NCBI GenBank assembly: GCA_040954595.2
Contig: CM082585.2
Span: 10,218,564-10,282,563 of the forward strand
Reading direction: 5' to 3'
Source of the DNA: Balanoglossus misakiensis
Taxonomy: Eukaryota > Animalia > Hemichordata
DNA: 64,000 bases
A model generated the notes under the pieces. The model had not been told where the DNA came from. It did no database searches and was given only the letters and a program-made list of their open reading frames with translations. Of the stretch, positions 63,133 to 64,000 are shown piece by piece. Made by a program: the position numbers and the translations under genes. Numbering within the stretch: the first letter of the stretch is position 1; every line of letters begins with the position of its first letter.

Positions 63133-64000
63133 GCTTCCTTGCTGTAGACATGGGTAGACCCTCCATTTCAGCACCACGCTCAAATAAAAACAAAACACCG
63201 GGCGGTATAGTCAGCGCTTATAACAACCACCGAGCCACCACATCGACGACTACTTCATAGAACTTTATTTGCACCACTAACATAGAATCGAATTGCTGGC
63301 GATCCACCGACTCCAGTTGTAACACAGGCATGCACACCGGACCAAGAATGGAAAAATGCCGTGTAAAATACGATCTTCCTCTTCGTCAGTTTCACAGCCA
63401 CAAGCATTAGACGATTTTTGAAAAATAAAAAATGGTATATTAAATATCAACTGTATGTTAACAATAATAACATGACCAGTATCAAATTTATTTTACTCTC
63501 AGAAAACCTTAAGGCACTGTGCGATTAGGTCTTCTAAAGAGTATTGCTTATCACTGATTCTTCTAGCAGTTGTAAATTATTTTCTCTAAAATCAGAGTTA
63601 TTACAGTGTTGTAAAATTTTATCAAGTTTTAGACTGTGTGCTTTCAACTGTTCACATGGTAATTTAAAGTAATCCTCTGTGTTATCACGTGCCATTAAAA
63701 TGAAAGTTATCCTGCTTGGGTAATGTCAATGATTCAATCAGCTGCATTGTAAGAAGCAAACTTGTTAGGCCAGAAAGATGAAATTTAAATTGTGCTTGGA
63801 GTTACCACTTCAGTCTGCTTTTTTCCTGTTTTGAAAATGGTATTTTATTTTTGATTGAAAATGTCACAATGCATTCTCTTACCTATGTAGATGGTAGAGT
63901 GCACTCAGATTCTTTAAATTGCAGTACATTTAGGAATATAAATGTACTATCTGGACTAGTGATTAGGAAGGAATGTATGTATCTCAATATCAAACTGACT

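Overview
Animal genomic DNA (AT-rich, GT-AG spliceosomal introns, microsatellites; it looks like a marine invertebrate, but the species cannot be determined here). Two multi-exon + strand genes were assembled by hand from splice sites and intron phase. (1) 2826-29714: an adhesion GPCR of about 1,290 aa in about 29 exons, with a signal peptide, four tandem F5/8 type C (discoidin/FA58C) domains, a Thr-rich linker, a GAIN domain with an intact HL|T GPS and TNFAVLM Stachel, a 7TM region and a C-tail with alternative possible ends. Its introns hold an intronless antisense TMEM79-like/MAPEG gene (18011-18571), three identical tRNA-Ile(AAT) genes in mixed orientation and a 3'-half tRNA relic. (2) 32197 to at least 63 kb: a very large (>2,500 aa visible), mostly disordered protein that probably continues past the window. 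It has a 4.5-kb symmetric exon with four SxIP/SxLP motifs, an extended PP1-docking-like string, repeated RPxSD motifs and several candidate internal first exons. It is tentatively the N-terminus of an Asef (ARHGEF4/SPATA13)-family RhoGEF. Also present: tiny TTAA-flanked piggyBac-type MITEs, microsatellites and a CpG-rich to CpG-poor transition. No CRISPR, rRNA or intact transposase was seen. All assignments come from reading the sequence; no database searches were run.
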